Assembly: GCA_964016885.1 (NCBI GenBank)
Contig: OZ024743.1
Location: 61,752,001 to 61,816,000, forward strand
Direction: 5' to 3'
Source of the DNA: Eledone cirrhosa
Taxonomy: Eukaryota
DNA: 64,000 nt
Shown piece by piece: positions 26,701 to 38,223 of this stretch. The notes under the pieces are model-generated. The model was not told where the DNA came from. It did no database searches and worked only from the letters and a program-made list of their open reading frames with translations. The number at the start of each line of letters is the position of its first letter. The stretch's first letter is position 1. The position numbers and the translations under genes are program-made.

Positions 26701-27509
26701 GTACATGCACGTTTGTGTGCGTGTGTACAGAGGGAAACAAAATATCTTCTTCCCTTTTGAAATATAAAATGGTAGATCAGTTGTCAGTAAAGAAAACATA
26801 TTCTTCTTTCCTGTTTGGCGCGAAAACGAAACTATCAAATACGCTGTCTCTGGGTTATGTAGATGATTGTCCAAATTTGAGGAGATATTTAGCACAAACT
26901 ATGTTCGGAATTTCACGAGACATACTTGTTCTTATTTGTTATAGGAGTCAACCGTTACGTCATTGGGTGATTGAGCAAATACTGAGAGATAACTTGCCTG
27001 ACTTGTTCTATTAAACATCTATCTTGTCAATTAACTGCTTTGTGGAGCAGTTGAATACCGTATTGAGTTTCTTAAACTGAGAGGTTTGATGATGCATGCA
27101 AAGGAATATGTTACTGTATTTCTCTAACTATGGTGTTATTAAATCTGCTAACCATTATTAAATTACGGTGGATTGGCAGTATCGATAGAGAGTCGGACAC
27201 CATGCTTTGTAGCATAGAGTTACGTCCTTTTATGATCTGAGTTCAAATCCCGCCGTGGTTAACTTTGCCTTTCATCCTTACGGGGTCGATAAAATAAAGT
27301 ACCAGTAATGTACTGGGTAATTGCTGCCCTTGTGCCAAAAATAGAAACAATTAAATTACTTCTGATCCTCTACACATTTCATTGGTGCCACGCCACCTCA
27401 AACAAAAACGACCTACAAATGGTTACCATTAATAAATGAATATATATATATATATATATATAGTAATAATAATAAATTTGAAGACTAAAATCCAATGTTA
27501 TTTTAATAA

Positions 27510-27541
<32 letters not shown>

Positions 27542-28699
27542 GTGAGGTTTTTTTTACAAAATGAAAAATAACCGAGGTGTCCTACACGAGTGGAAGTATA
27601 AAGAAAAAGGGATGAAATCGAAAATGCAACTGAAGTCTTATTTTTTTTAAAAATATATATATATAATAGCTCGTTTGTTTGTCTGTTAAATATCCTATGC
27701 ACTTAAAACCAGTGGACGAATCCTGTTGAATCTTGGCATGTGAGTTCCTTAGACTCGGGAATAGGTTGTACCTATATTCACTTGTTTATATGATTCTCTA
27801 TCTGTTTCGCAATCTGTGGTAACGGTGGTCATCGTGAGTTAACGACTTTACAACGATGGAATGTGGCGGAAAATAGAGAGAATAAAGAAGTAAGAATTTG
27901 AGAGGAAGTCAGCACACGTGAAATTAAATAGAGCGCTGGCTACCAAAGATGGAACTAAGCAAGTAAGTTAACAATGTATAAACGAGGTGATAAAGAAAGT
28001 GAGCGACACGCGTTCAACATAGTAGCCAACACTAAATGATCAAACACACGCCTGCTAAGTATTGAATTCCCTCCTCTCTCTCTCCTGCATGCTAGGAAGT
28101 ACGACTAAAATAAATAGCGCCACTGTTGACATCACATTGTTTCCATGACTACCAACGTTATTTTTCCAAACTCAAAGCTTCTAGGTATAAATTTGAAAGC
28201 AGAGGTAAACAAGCGGAGTTTCAGTTAGATCCTGTCAACAAAATCTCAATACGGTTTAAGTACACAAGTCTCTAATATCTAAATGTCTAAATGTCAGCAA
28301 AAAGGTAGCCAGGAGTAATGAACTCGATGCGGCCCGACCCCCTTAGAGTGTAAGAAGTTAAAGGCCGAAACTCTTGCTTGAGAGGGGTTGCGGTCCAGCT
28401 CTCCTGGCAGTTTCTTTCTACTATCTTTTTCATATATTTCCCGTATGAGTGTATATATATGCCACATATTCGTATATAGCTCCGTGTGTATATATGTATC
28501 TATCAGCCTCTCATTAATGTTGGGTTCTTTATTAGAATTATAGAAACACTTCTAAAAATATGTAAAACCTGTAATATCTTTTTGGCATATTCATTCCCGT
28601 TAGAATTTTGTTGGTTGTTTCTCCCCCACCCACCCCCACCCACCCCAAAAAAATGAAATGTATTGCTGTGAGTCCTCATTCAACAACATTTTACTCGAT

Positions 28700-29610
28700 T
28701 AGGGTGGCCCTTAGCAATAGGCAATTTTCTGAAAGTTACAATTTTGCTGCTCCCACCCGCTGTTCCAATCAACAATAGCACAGAAACGCCTTCAAGTTGG
28801 AACATAGTATACACATCGATTAATTCTATTCAAAAGCGGTATACTGTTCCCTATTTTCTTTTTTCTTCTTCGAGAAATGTATGTAGACACATCCAGGCAA
28901 ATGTTTAAAAACGTTCTGAATCAAATTTATCAATAGTTAATTTGAAAAATTCCTGAAATAACATGAAAAACTTAAGTTTTATTAATAAGAGAAACGCATT
29001 TTTATTTACAACATTAATTTCTATAGAATCAAAAACATCATGTGAACACTGAACACTGAATATTGAACATTATTTTTGCAATCCCGTCGAGGTTAACTTT
29101 GTCTTTCATCCTTACGGGGTCGATAAAATAAAGTACCAGTAATAAACTGGAACAATTGCTGGCCTTGTGCCAAAAGTAGAAACAATTATTTTTGCATAAG
29201 AGAGTATTTAGTGGCAGTTGGGTAGGTTTTACGGTTTTCAGTAAAGATCTGTAAAACAAATTGTTTTTCAGTTTCACCTTTTGTGAGAATGTTATTGTAA
29301 TTCTGAATGAGTTTGACACCTCTTTCTGCAACATCAGTCACAGAACTGTCTTCTCAAGTTTTTCAAGTCCACATTTAAACCAGGATCATCCTTTCATGTT
29401 GAAGGGTCTTTGTCGAGGAAATCAGTGCTGATAGAAAATCTCGTGAAGAAAGTTTTTGTACTAGGAGTTACAAAAGACGAAAACTCGATGTTTGTCAAGG
29501 AAGAAAAGTCCTTTTGGTGAATGTACCTCTTCAGTTGATTATTTTTCTTCCTCTTCTTCACCTGCTTCCAGCATAACATGGGCAATATTTGCCTTAACCG
29601 CTCCTTGCTC
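28700..29610 (-). mobile_element. DNA transposon 3' relic (possibly Sola2), with SINE insertion
   Basis: Minus strand: STDFLDKDPST.KDDP...TDVAERGVKLIQNYNNILTKGETEKQFVLQIFTENRKTYP; terminus agggtggccc shared with 30688. Superfamily assignment is tentative. Confidence 0.55.
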
Positions 29611-29985
29611 TCCTTTTTCTCATTTCTCTCCTTGTTCTTCTTTTATCCTTGCTCTCCTTTTCTCATTGCTCTCCTTGCTCTTCTTTTCTCATCGCTCTCC
29701 TTGCTCTCCTTTTATCCTTGCTCTCCATGCTCGCCTTTTTCTCCTAGCTCTCCTTTTCTCCTTGCTCTCTTTGCTCTCCTTTTCTCATTGCTCTCCTTTT
29801 CTCCTTTTCTCCTAGCTCTCCTTGCTCTCCCTTTCTCTCTTTTTCCTTGTTTGCTCTCGTTGCTCTCGTTGCTCCCCTTGCTCTTCTTTTCTCCTTGCTC
29901 TCCTTTTATTCTTGCTCTCCTTTTATCCTCGCTCTCTTTTACTCCTTGCGCTCCTTTCATCCTTGCTCTCTCTTTCTCCTTGTAT
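29600..29985. repeat. Pyrimidine-rich degenerate repeat (cttgctctcc/tttt)
   Basis: Direct inspection. Confidence 0.85.
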
Positions 29986-30151
29986 CTATGATCTTCCTTA
30001 TATACTAATACAATGAGAAAAGGGGAGCAAGGAGAAGTAAGAAAGCAAGGATAGTAAGGAGAGTATATATATATATATATATATATATGTAAATATGATA
30101 ATAATGGAGCTGCGGCGTTGCAAATGGGATACATATGAAAAAGTGAGTCCT

Positions 30152-30216
30152 TCATCAGTGACCCTCCAACCGTCCTCGGCATTTCATCGCTTTAAGGGCC
30201 ATATGCCTCAGGTTGG
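30152..30216 (-). ncRNA. Conserved 65-nt structured RNA: pseudoknot, k-turn-like loop and permuted hammerhead core (candidate ribozyme)
   Basis: ccaacc tga ggcat a tggccc ttaaagcgat gaa atgcc gag gac ggttgg a gggtca ctgatga; gap-free alignment with compensatory changes against 38262-38326 and 38834-38898. Confidence 0.75.
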
Positions 30217-30460
30217 TGCGAACAACGGCTAAAAAAAGTCGTTGGGACACGTAAACAAAGGGGACGCTAGAGTAACAACAAAAAAGTTTAAGCAACGGAA
30301 AGTGAGTAGAAATAGACAAGTCCCAGATCTCTATGAATATAAACTCTGTGAAATCGTGAACAAGAGACAAAAGACCATCAAACCTGGTTGAAATGTGAGC
30401 AAGGAAAGAATTTCGCCCAAGTTTGACGGGGGGGAAAAAAGGGAGAGAGAAAGGAGAGAA

Positions 30461-30546
30461 GAGGAAGAAGAAGAAGAAGAAGAAGAAGAAGAAGAAGAAG
30501 AAGAAGAAGAAGAAGAAGAAGAAGAAGAAGAAGAAGAAGAAGAAGA
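30461..30546. repeat. (GAA)n microsatellite inside the motif-bearing element 30089-30598
   Basis: Direct inspection. Confidence 0.95.
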
Positions 30547-30596
30547 TAAAGGGGTCTGGTCTACGAATTCGGTAAACGCAAGTTTTGTGAAGTCGC

Positions 30597-30630
<34 letters not shown>

Positions 30631-30918
30631 TCAATACCGAGTACTCATTTCTCTCAGCTGTCAACCACATGCGGATATATGTGTATTAGGGTGGCCCTCA
30701 TATTATATGAGATAAAAGTTTTTATCTGAAAAAAATGACTTTCCGGGCGAAAACTTCAAAATTTCACGGTCGATGAGAGTCGCCTTGCATTTGTCCGCTT
30801 GAGCTAAATTTTGTATAAATTGTTTCTTTGTTAATTGGAACAAGATAACGGGGTGGGAGCTAAACTTTTAGAAAGTTGAAAAATAAGGGGCACCCTCGTA
30901 TATACATAAGTATATATA

Positions 30919-30958
<40 letters not shown>

Positions 30959-30965
<7 letters not shown>

Positions 30966-31575
30966 GACGTAAAATAAGAAAATATTTTTTTAAAAAAAAT
31001 TTTAAAAAAATTTTTTTCTTACTTAAATTTTCACTCCAACTAATTAGTTTCTGCAATGGGATAAAGACAGTTACGTAATCCAACTGTCGAGAATTCATTG
31101 CGTCATCAGGAAGTCTATTCTCAGTTAAGTCTCCAGGCAATGCGCGGACACTGGCGGCTCATATAAAAATAATAATAATTCGGTAGATCGAACAGCTTGC
31201 GAGGACTGGATTCTATGTACCGAAATTCTCACTGCTTCAAGTCAAATGGCCGATTCTAAAGAATCAATCACGTGACACAGAGGCTAGTTAGAAGGAATGG
31301 GATGGTAAGATGACTGACGCCTACTAACACCCCAAAAAAAATTTTTTTAGAAGTGGTTTTGACAAGTTTGCTCGACAAATCAGTGATTTGGAGATAAATA
31401 TAGATAATTTAATATATCAACTAACATAAGCGCACAGATGCACGCCCATGCCAGCAAATACACAGGTTATGTCATAGTACCTAGGTGGTTCAATGCAGGA
31501 GAATGCAGAACAATAATATAAAGGACGTAAAATAAGAAAATATTTTTTTTTAAAAATTTAAAAAAAAATTTTTTC
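30959..31575. mobile_element. Non-coding element with ~55-bp terminal direct repeats, in (TA)n
   Basis: taaaggacgtaaaataagaaaatatttttttt at 30961 and about 31519. Confidence 0.6.
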
Positions 31576-31685
31576 TATATATATATATGTGTGTGTGTAT
31601 ATGTATGTATATATATATGTATATGGTACATGGATATAAAGTAGTGGCCGTACTCGAAAACGAATTGGCAGCCACCATATACACA

Positions 31686-31737
<52 letters not shown>

Positions 31738-32537
31738 CTTGAAATAACTTATCAAATCGATGAGAAACATATACTGTTTTAATTGTTTATATTTCAATAC
31801 ATCGTTGGCAGTACGTATTATTTACTATGTATGTGTGAGTCAACTGCAAAATTTTAGTGAATGAAATAGACGTTTCTGTCGACCTCTGTACTTGACTGGT
31901 ACCTAATTTATTAATTTAAATTATAAAAGCCAAAGTCAACCCCAGAGAGTTTCGAACATTGAGTGTTAAACAAATAATTGTTTCTACTTTAGGCACAAGG
32001 CCAGCAAATTCACCAGTGCATTACTGGTACTTTATTTTATCGACCCCGTAAGGATGAAAGGCAAAGTCAACCTCGGCGGGATTTGAACTCAGATCGTAAA
32101 GGGACGTAACTATGCTGGAAAGCATGGTGTCTGACCCTCTACCGATACTGCCAATAAACAAATAATATGCGAAATTAGGTCGCTCGCTCTACTAGCCTTG
32201 CTATAGTAGAGCTGATTATAAAGATAAACAGGGAGTGCAATTCTTAAAAGTAAACCATAACAGGCATATGAAGAAACTGTTGAAAGGAAGGACATTTAGA
32301 AATTAGTAAGGGACAGGGAAATGTAACAAGTATCCACATGTAATAAACAGAATCTGATATTGTTAATTAACAGTGCAGTTGAGAAAGGTCAGTACAAGCA
32401 GAACAGGGGAGAATGTTTATCAACAAAGCTGTATGAATAGGGAGAAAAGGAGGAGGAATAGGGGATATAGAGAAATTTCTGCACACAAAACAATGGCACT
32501 TTTCGATGAAAACGTTTCTTTAAACAAAAATATACAC

Positions 32538-32934
<397 letters not shown>

Positions 32935-33009
32935 AGTTGTATGAAAAAATGCCTCAGTAGGCGGTATGCCGGTTGAGAACTCGATGTTCGCAGAGAGCAG
33001 AGTATAATA

Positions 33010-33270
33010 CTATAAGGATAAGGAACAAGGATTCAGTGTTACATCATAACATATTTAATAACCTATTACATATGTTTCACGATCGATCAGCTCGAGGCAA
33101 GACCTATTATAGATTGAATCTGAGTCTGTAATCGAATGGTCGTCACATATGCTTAGTATCAAGTTCGATCTATAATAGGTCTTTGCCTCGAGCTGATCGA
33201 TAGTGAAATACATGTAATATGTTATTAAATATATCGTGATGCAACAGTGAATCCTTGTTCCTTATCCTTA

Positions 33271-33272
<2 letters not shown>
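33010..33272. repeat. ~105-bp inverted repeat with ~45-bp spacer, between (TA)n tracts
   Basis: tataaggataaggaacaaggattca...ctattatagat versus atctataatagg...tgaatccttgttccttatccttata. Confidence 0.85.
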
Positions 33273-33347
<75 letters not shown>

Positions 33348-33618
33348 AATAATAATAATAATATACTTATATATGGCTTATATATAATTATAAATATGGA
33401 GGGTAGTACTAAGCACTAGACAATTACCGGTAAGAGAAAAGGCTCAATGTAAATTATCAAATGTATTACAGAACCGAGATACAAAATATAAAACAATCAA
33501 ATCTTAGTTTAATACATTTATTTGCTGACAATTACTCCGATAAATCCAGACTATCTCCTGGAAGAAACAATTGTCAGGAAATAAATGTATTAAACTAAGA
33601 TTTGATTGTTTCATATTT

Positions 33619-33694
<76 letters not shown>

Positions 33695-33865
33695 TTAGAA
33701 ACACACAGATACATGCGGACACACACATATACATGAATGCATCCACATCCAACTGTGAGTTAATGTGTTTATGCCACGAAACTACGTAGTCGAGGAATCT
33801 AGGAGCAGTTTAGGTATGATACATTTTATTACTAATTATATCTAAATGTTTCTTCTCTCTTCATA

Positions 33866-33896
<31 letters not shown>

Positions 33897-33897
<1 letters not shown>

Positions 33898-35162
33898 GAA
33901 AATGTTCAAGACCCCGACGACAGAGCTCAAGCCCTTTAGATGGCTATTTCTGGACTAAATTAGATCTTTAGCGTGGTAATAAATTGCCGAACTTTTCAAG
34001 GGGTAATTCCTTATATGGGAATATTCTAGTTGTCAAAAGTATTGGTCAAAATTTCTTGTAAGCACAATTAAATCTTTCATGGCGATGGATGGGAGGTGGG
34101 GGTGGCTGAACTTGCCTGTAGAACAATGAGGGAGTGGGTGAAGCCGGTCAAGCGTTGAAAGTGGATTCTATACAGCAAATTCTAAGGTGTGTGGAAGAAA
34201 TTAGCCTAGCTAGAAAGCAGGCGAAAAAAGAATTCTGGAGGAATCTAAGAGTGGGATGATATAAAATTAAAAAGTTAATAAATTGAAATTAAAAAATTAA
34301 GAAATAATAAATAAAAATAATAATAATATTAAAAAATTAAATAATAAAAAAACTAGAGTCTAAAACAGCTGCTATATTTTTAGCTGGTATTGCGTTTTCG
34401 GCCGATGCTATACAGATTTTACTGGGGTGGGGCTACTGAGGCTACAAAAGCCCGATGGGCTGCCTCAGCGTAAACGAAAGAGGAAAAAGGAAAAGGAAGA
34501 GGAGAGGGAGTGGAAGGAAGTGAGAAGAAGAGATAAAGGGAATTGTGGGGAGGGTTGAACCACGTTACGTGGCGTGAGCGGCGGCGTCGCCTGCTTGTTC
34601 CGCTAAGGGAAGCTGGGTAAAAGGAGTTTTCCTCCCGAAAGCAGCTTACCTTGAGGGCTTGGTTGTAATAAGGCGCATCTTCATCGAATATCAGCTCATT
34701 AGCGGACAAACGAGATATGCGGAGGGAGATGTTTTTAACCAGGTTATTGGTGATGTTTCTAGGATGGTTAGAGCGGCGGTGGATGTAGTGAAGGTTGTCG
34801 TTTGGTTTCCTTTATGGGTAGTACAGATCATTTTCGAGGTTGAGTGTAACGTCCAGGAAATTGACTGGGGTTAGGGACATCTGTAGGGTGATTTTAAATA
34901 CCCAGTCTCGGAAGAAGTTGATTAGGTGTACATGACATCCTAAAATCATTGACCACTCGCCATGTCAGACAAGAAAAACAACAAATTCTTGATTGTTTAA
35001 TTTGATACTTCTGCTTTTTTTTGGGTTTTGACTCCATGCCCATATATGGACTGCGCCCCTTGATAAGTTCAGCCAGGTCCCTGCCGTCCTAATACTGCCG
35101 GGTTAGTTCGGATCTAGCTGTCGAAACGGCCGGAGCTCAGCCGCCGGGGTCCTGACTTTGTT

Positions 35163-35165
<3 letters not shown>
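33897..35165 (-). mobile_element. Truncated PLE (WFNPP-type RT thumb) with HHR tail and an inverted tail copy at its 5' side, in (TA)n
   Basis: Minus 34870-34550: VNFLDVTLNL..RKPND..YIHRRSNHP..IFDEDAPYYNQAL..RRRRSRHVTWFNPP. HHR motifs at 33912-34003(-) and 35048-35152(+). Confidence 0.8.
35048..35152 (+). ncRNA. Type I hammerhead, U3-A8 core variant with long stem II
   Basis: ggac..cccc TTGATAA gttcagc...gctgtc GAAAC ggc cggagctca gccg CC ggggtcc; the sister fragment at 37491-37523 has an intact GTC site. Confidence 0.65.
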
Positions 35166-35216
<51 letters not shown>

Positions 35217-36607
35217 ATTACCATTTTATAAGTACAAGTTCTTTCGTGGTTCTGTCTCTTTGTATATTCCTGGTGTGTGTGTTAGAGCAATTGTGTAACA
35301 CATTACATGATATGATAATAATTAGCATTTCAACTAAACCGTTTGCCACAAAAAAATTTCCATAAGCAGAATATAATTTTAGCTAAAATCTTAGCTTTTT
35401 GATCCTTCACCGCTTAAATAAAGATTCCTTTAACTAAGTTACTGCGGGTGGAGAAAGATAGATAGAAGGAATGGGCGAAAAGAAGAATGAATGTAAAAAA
35501 GAAAGAAACAAAAAAGAATTGAAAGAACGACGAGAAGAAGCCATTTTGTTTATTTCAGCACCAAAGAAACAAATACGATAATAACAACAACGAGAACAGT
35601 ATCAACTCAGTGAGAAATAAAGAATTAAAATAAAATTAGCAACAATAACAACCGTAACTAATTAAATCGCCATCTTAAATGTTTTGAGTGATTCTTTTTT
35701 TCCAGTATTTGTCTCGCTGTAGAGTTACGTCTATCATTTGATACTGCAGGCATATTAGAATTGTTAACCTGCACGGAACGAAAGTTTCATAAAAGAGCAT
35801 TCCCGGCTTTAAAAGCTGTTCTAAATATAAGTGTTTTTATTTTACAGCCACCAGTTCTTTCTATCACTGTATCTCACCCGTCTCTATCTGTTAGTCTGTT
35901 TCTATATCTGTGTGACTGTCTCTCTATCTTTCTGTCTATCAATCTGTACTTATCTAGCTCTATAGTACATCGTGTAACACCACTTATGTACCACACCAAC
36001 TCAGTTTATTTTACTTCCATTTATATACGTGTATAAACTAATATTGGTGCAGATGCCATTCATAGACAAACCGGAACATTCTATTAGTATATTAGTAAAG
36101 TAATTTAATCTGTTTAGATATATCATAAACAAGCTATTAATGTGTGTATATATTAATATATGTATATACATATATTATATTATAGAATATCTGTAGAGAA
36201 AAGGTTAAGGGAAAAGATGCTCAATCTAATACAAGAGAGCTTATCTAGTTTATATTGAAGTTCATACACTTAATATGTATATATGTCTGATGGTTGTATT
36301 CCTTGCAAAATCCTAAATTTTTCACTGCGGCAGGGTGGGCATTTCTTAATTTCATTGATGTAGAGAGTGGACTCCGGTCACCTTCCATGATATTTCATGA
36401 GGTACTCCTTTTTCTTTTAACTGCCAAACTCTTGCCTGCGCTATCCTGGATTTCAGATCGGAGTGCTTTAATGAGAAAGGGTGCGAATAGAACTTTTGTT
36501 TTCATCAGTCCTCCACTATGCCCACATACGTTTTACTGGCTGGTGTTGGTATATTTAATCACTGCCTCTCTGCATATAGTTGTGTAAATTTTTAACTTTA
36601 TGAACAT

Positions 36608-36650
<43 letters not shown>

Positions 36651-36654
36651 TACA

Positions 36655-37443
36655 CATTTTAGTACAGCATTAACGAAGCTTTAGGTTGCAGCCAAGCTAA
36701 CGAATGCAAATTCGGAATGTAGCTTTAGCACTCGATAGGGAATATTACCCCAGAGTAATGACAATACTTTTAGAGAGCTTTGCAAATCAAATATAGCGAT
36801 CGGCAGTCTAGCCGCATTGCCATAACAACGAAAATGGTTGGACACAGGAAAAGATTTTAGACTGACTTGGACCAAGCGCGGAGACCGAATGCAACATATA
36901 ATGCATATCGTATAGCATACGATATACATCACATACAACACACAACATCCACGCTAGGTTTCTGTAAATCCGAGATCGACTAATTCCGCTTACCGGGGTG
37001 TGCAAGTTAATGGTCTTTGGCGACAGAACAAAGGATTTACTTTTTCAACAAATCTTGCGTTCTTTAGCCTCTGCTGGTGTGTACTAGCAGTAAATTTCGC
37101 TATAAACACGTGGTTTTCTCCAAGGGGAGTAACCCCCGTTTTGGCGGTGAATTCGAAATTTGAGACAAAGGAATGAAATTCCCTTAGAAAAGCCGATTAA
37201 AGCACTCAACTAGAAGTTATCAAACAAACATAAACAATTAATCAATCAATAGAATTTTCTAATTAAATTAATCAGTTAATCGTTAATTCTAGGAGTTAAA
37301 ATACAAATTTTAGTACAGCATTAACGAAGCTTTAGGTTGCGGCCAAGCTAACGAATGTAAATTCGGAATGTAGCTTTAGCACTGGATAGGGAATATTACC
37401 CCAGAGTAATAACAATACGTTTAGACAGCTTTGCAAATCAAAT
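36655..37443. mobile_element. Non-coding element with ~140-bp terminal direct repeats, in (TA)n
   Basis: attttagtacagcattaacgaagc...gctttgcaaatcaaatata at about 36656-36795 and 37307-37445, with a handful of substitutions. Confidence 0.75.
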
Positions 37444-37612
37444 ATATATATATATATATATATATATAATTCTGGACTCCAGAATTAGCCGTCGAAACGG
37501 CTTGAGCTCAGCCGTCGGGGTCCTACTCGTTCCTATTACCCACTCTACTACCGTAAGTATTGAGTACTTTGGTGCGTTATGGTCCACCTGGTTCCTTACC
37601 ACATTTCTTCCG

Positions 37613-37670
<58 letters not shown>

Positions 37671-37690
37671 ATTGTTATACTTGGGGAGGG

Positions 37691-38150
37691 TCATATTTGT
37701 GTAATAGTATTGCCAGAATTAATAACAGAACACACTCACTGTTTGGTTGGTTTTCGCTTCTGTGTCTTTTATATCGGTTAATTTAATTTATTCGGTCCTC
37801 AATGTTGCCATTGACTGACCAACGGTCAAAAATACCGATACAATATAGACACAAACACATATATATAGTCTATCAAAGTTCTTTCGTTGCGCATCTGCAA
37901 CATCGTCAGTGGTGCTATTATCATATTTGTGTAATAGTATTGCCATAATTAATAACAGAACACACTCACTGTTTGGTTGGTTTTCGCTTCTGTGTCTTTT
38001 ATATCGGTTAATTTAATTTATTCGGTCCTCAATGTTGCCATTGACTGATCAACGGTCAAAAATACCGATACAATATAGACACAAACACATATATATAGTC
38101 TATCAAAGTTCTTTCGTTGCACATCTGCAACATCGTCAGCGGTGCTATTA
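37691..38150. repeat. 230-bp tandem duplication between (TA)n tracts
   Basis: tcatatttgtgtaatagtattgcc at 37691 and 37921; both units end ggtgctatta. Confidence 0.9.
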
Positions 38151-38188
38151 TGTTTCCTCCCGTTGCATTGTATGCTTACGCCATCTTT

Positions 38189-38222
<34 letters not shown>

Positions 38223-38223
<1 letters not shown>

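Noticed and set aside
27660-27800. Helentron/DINE-like element start
   Set aside because: Only a loose resemblance; no subterminal IR or 3' hairpin identified.
30152-30216. SECIS, SAM-I, twister, pistol or HDV-like reading of the 65-nt motif
   Set aside because: The GA pairs and bulge polarity do not fit SECIS and the upper helix is only 5 bp. The resemblances to the others occur in one copy only and lack their required elements.
30395-30715. Poly-Glu and poly-Phe ORFs
   Set aside because: Produced by the (GAA)n microsatellite.
33897-35165. Inverted ends initially read as TIRs of a TA-specific DNA transposon (also the 26449 hairpin as a MITE)
   Set aside because: The ends are HHR-bearing tails around a PLE RT fragment; inverted tail copies are a known PLE structure.
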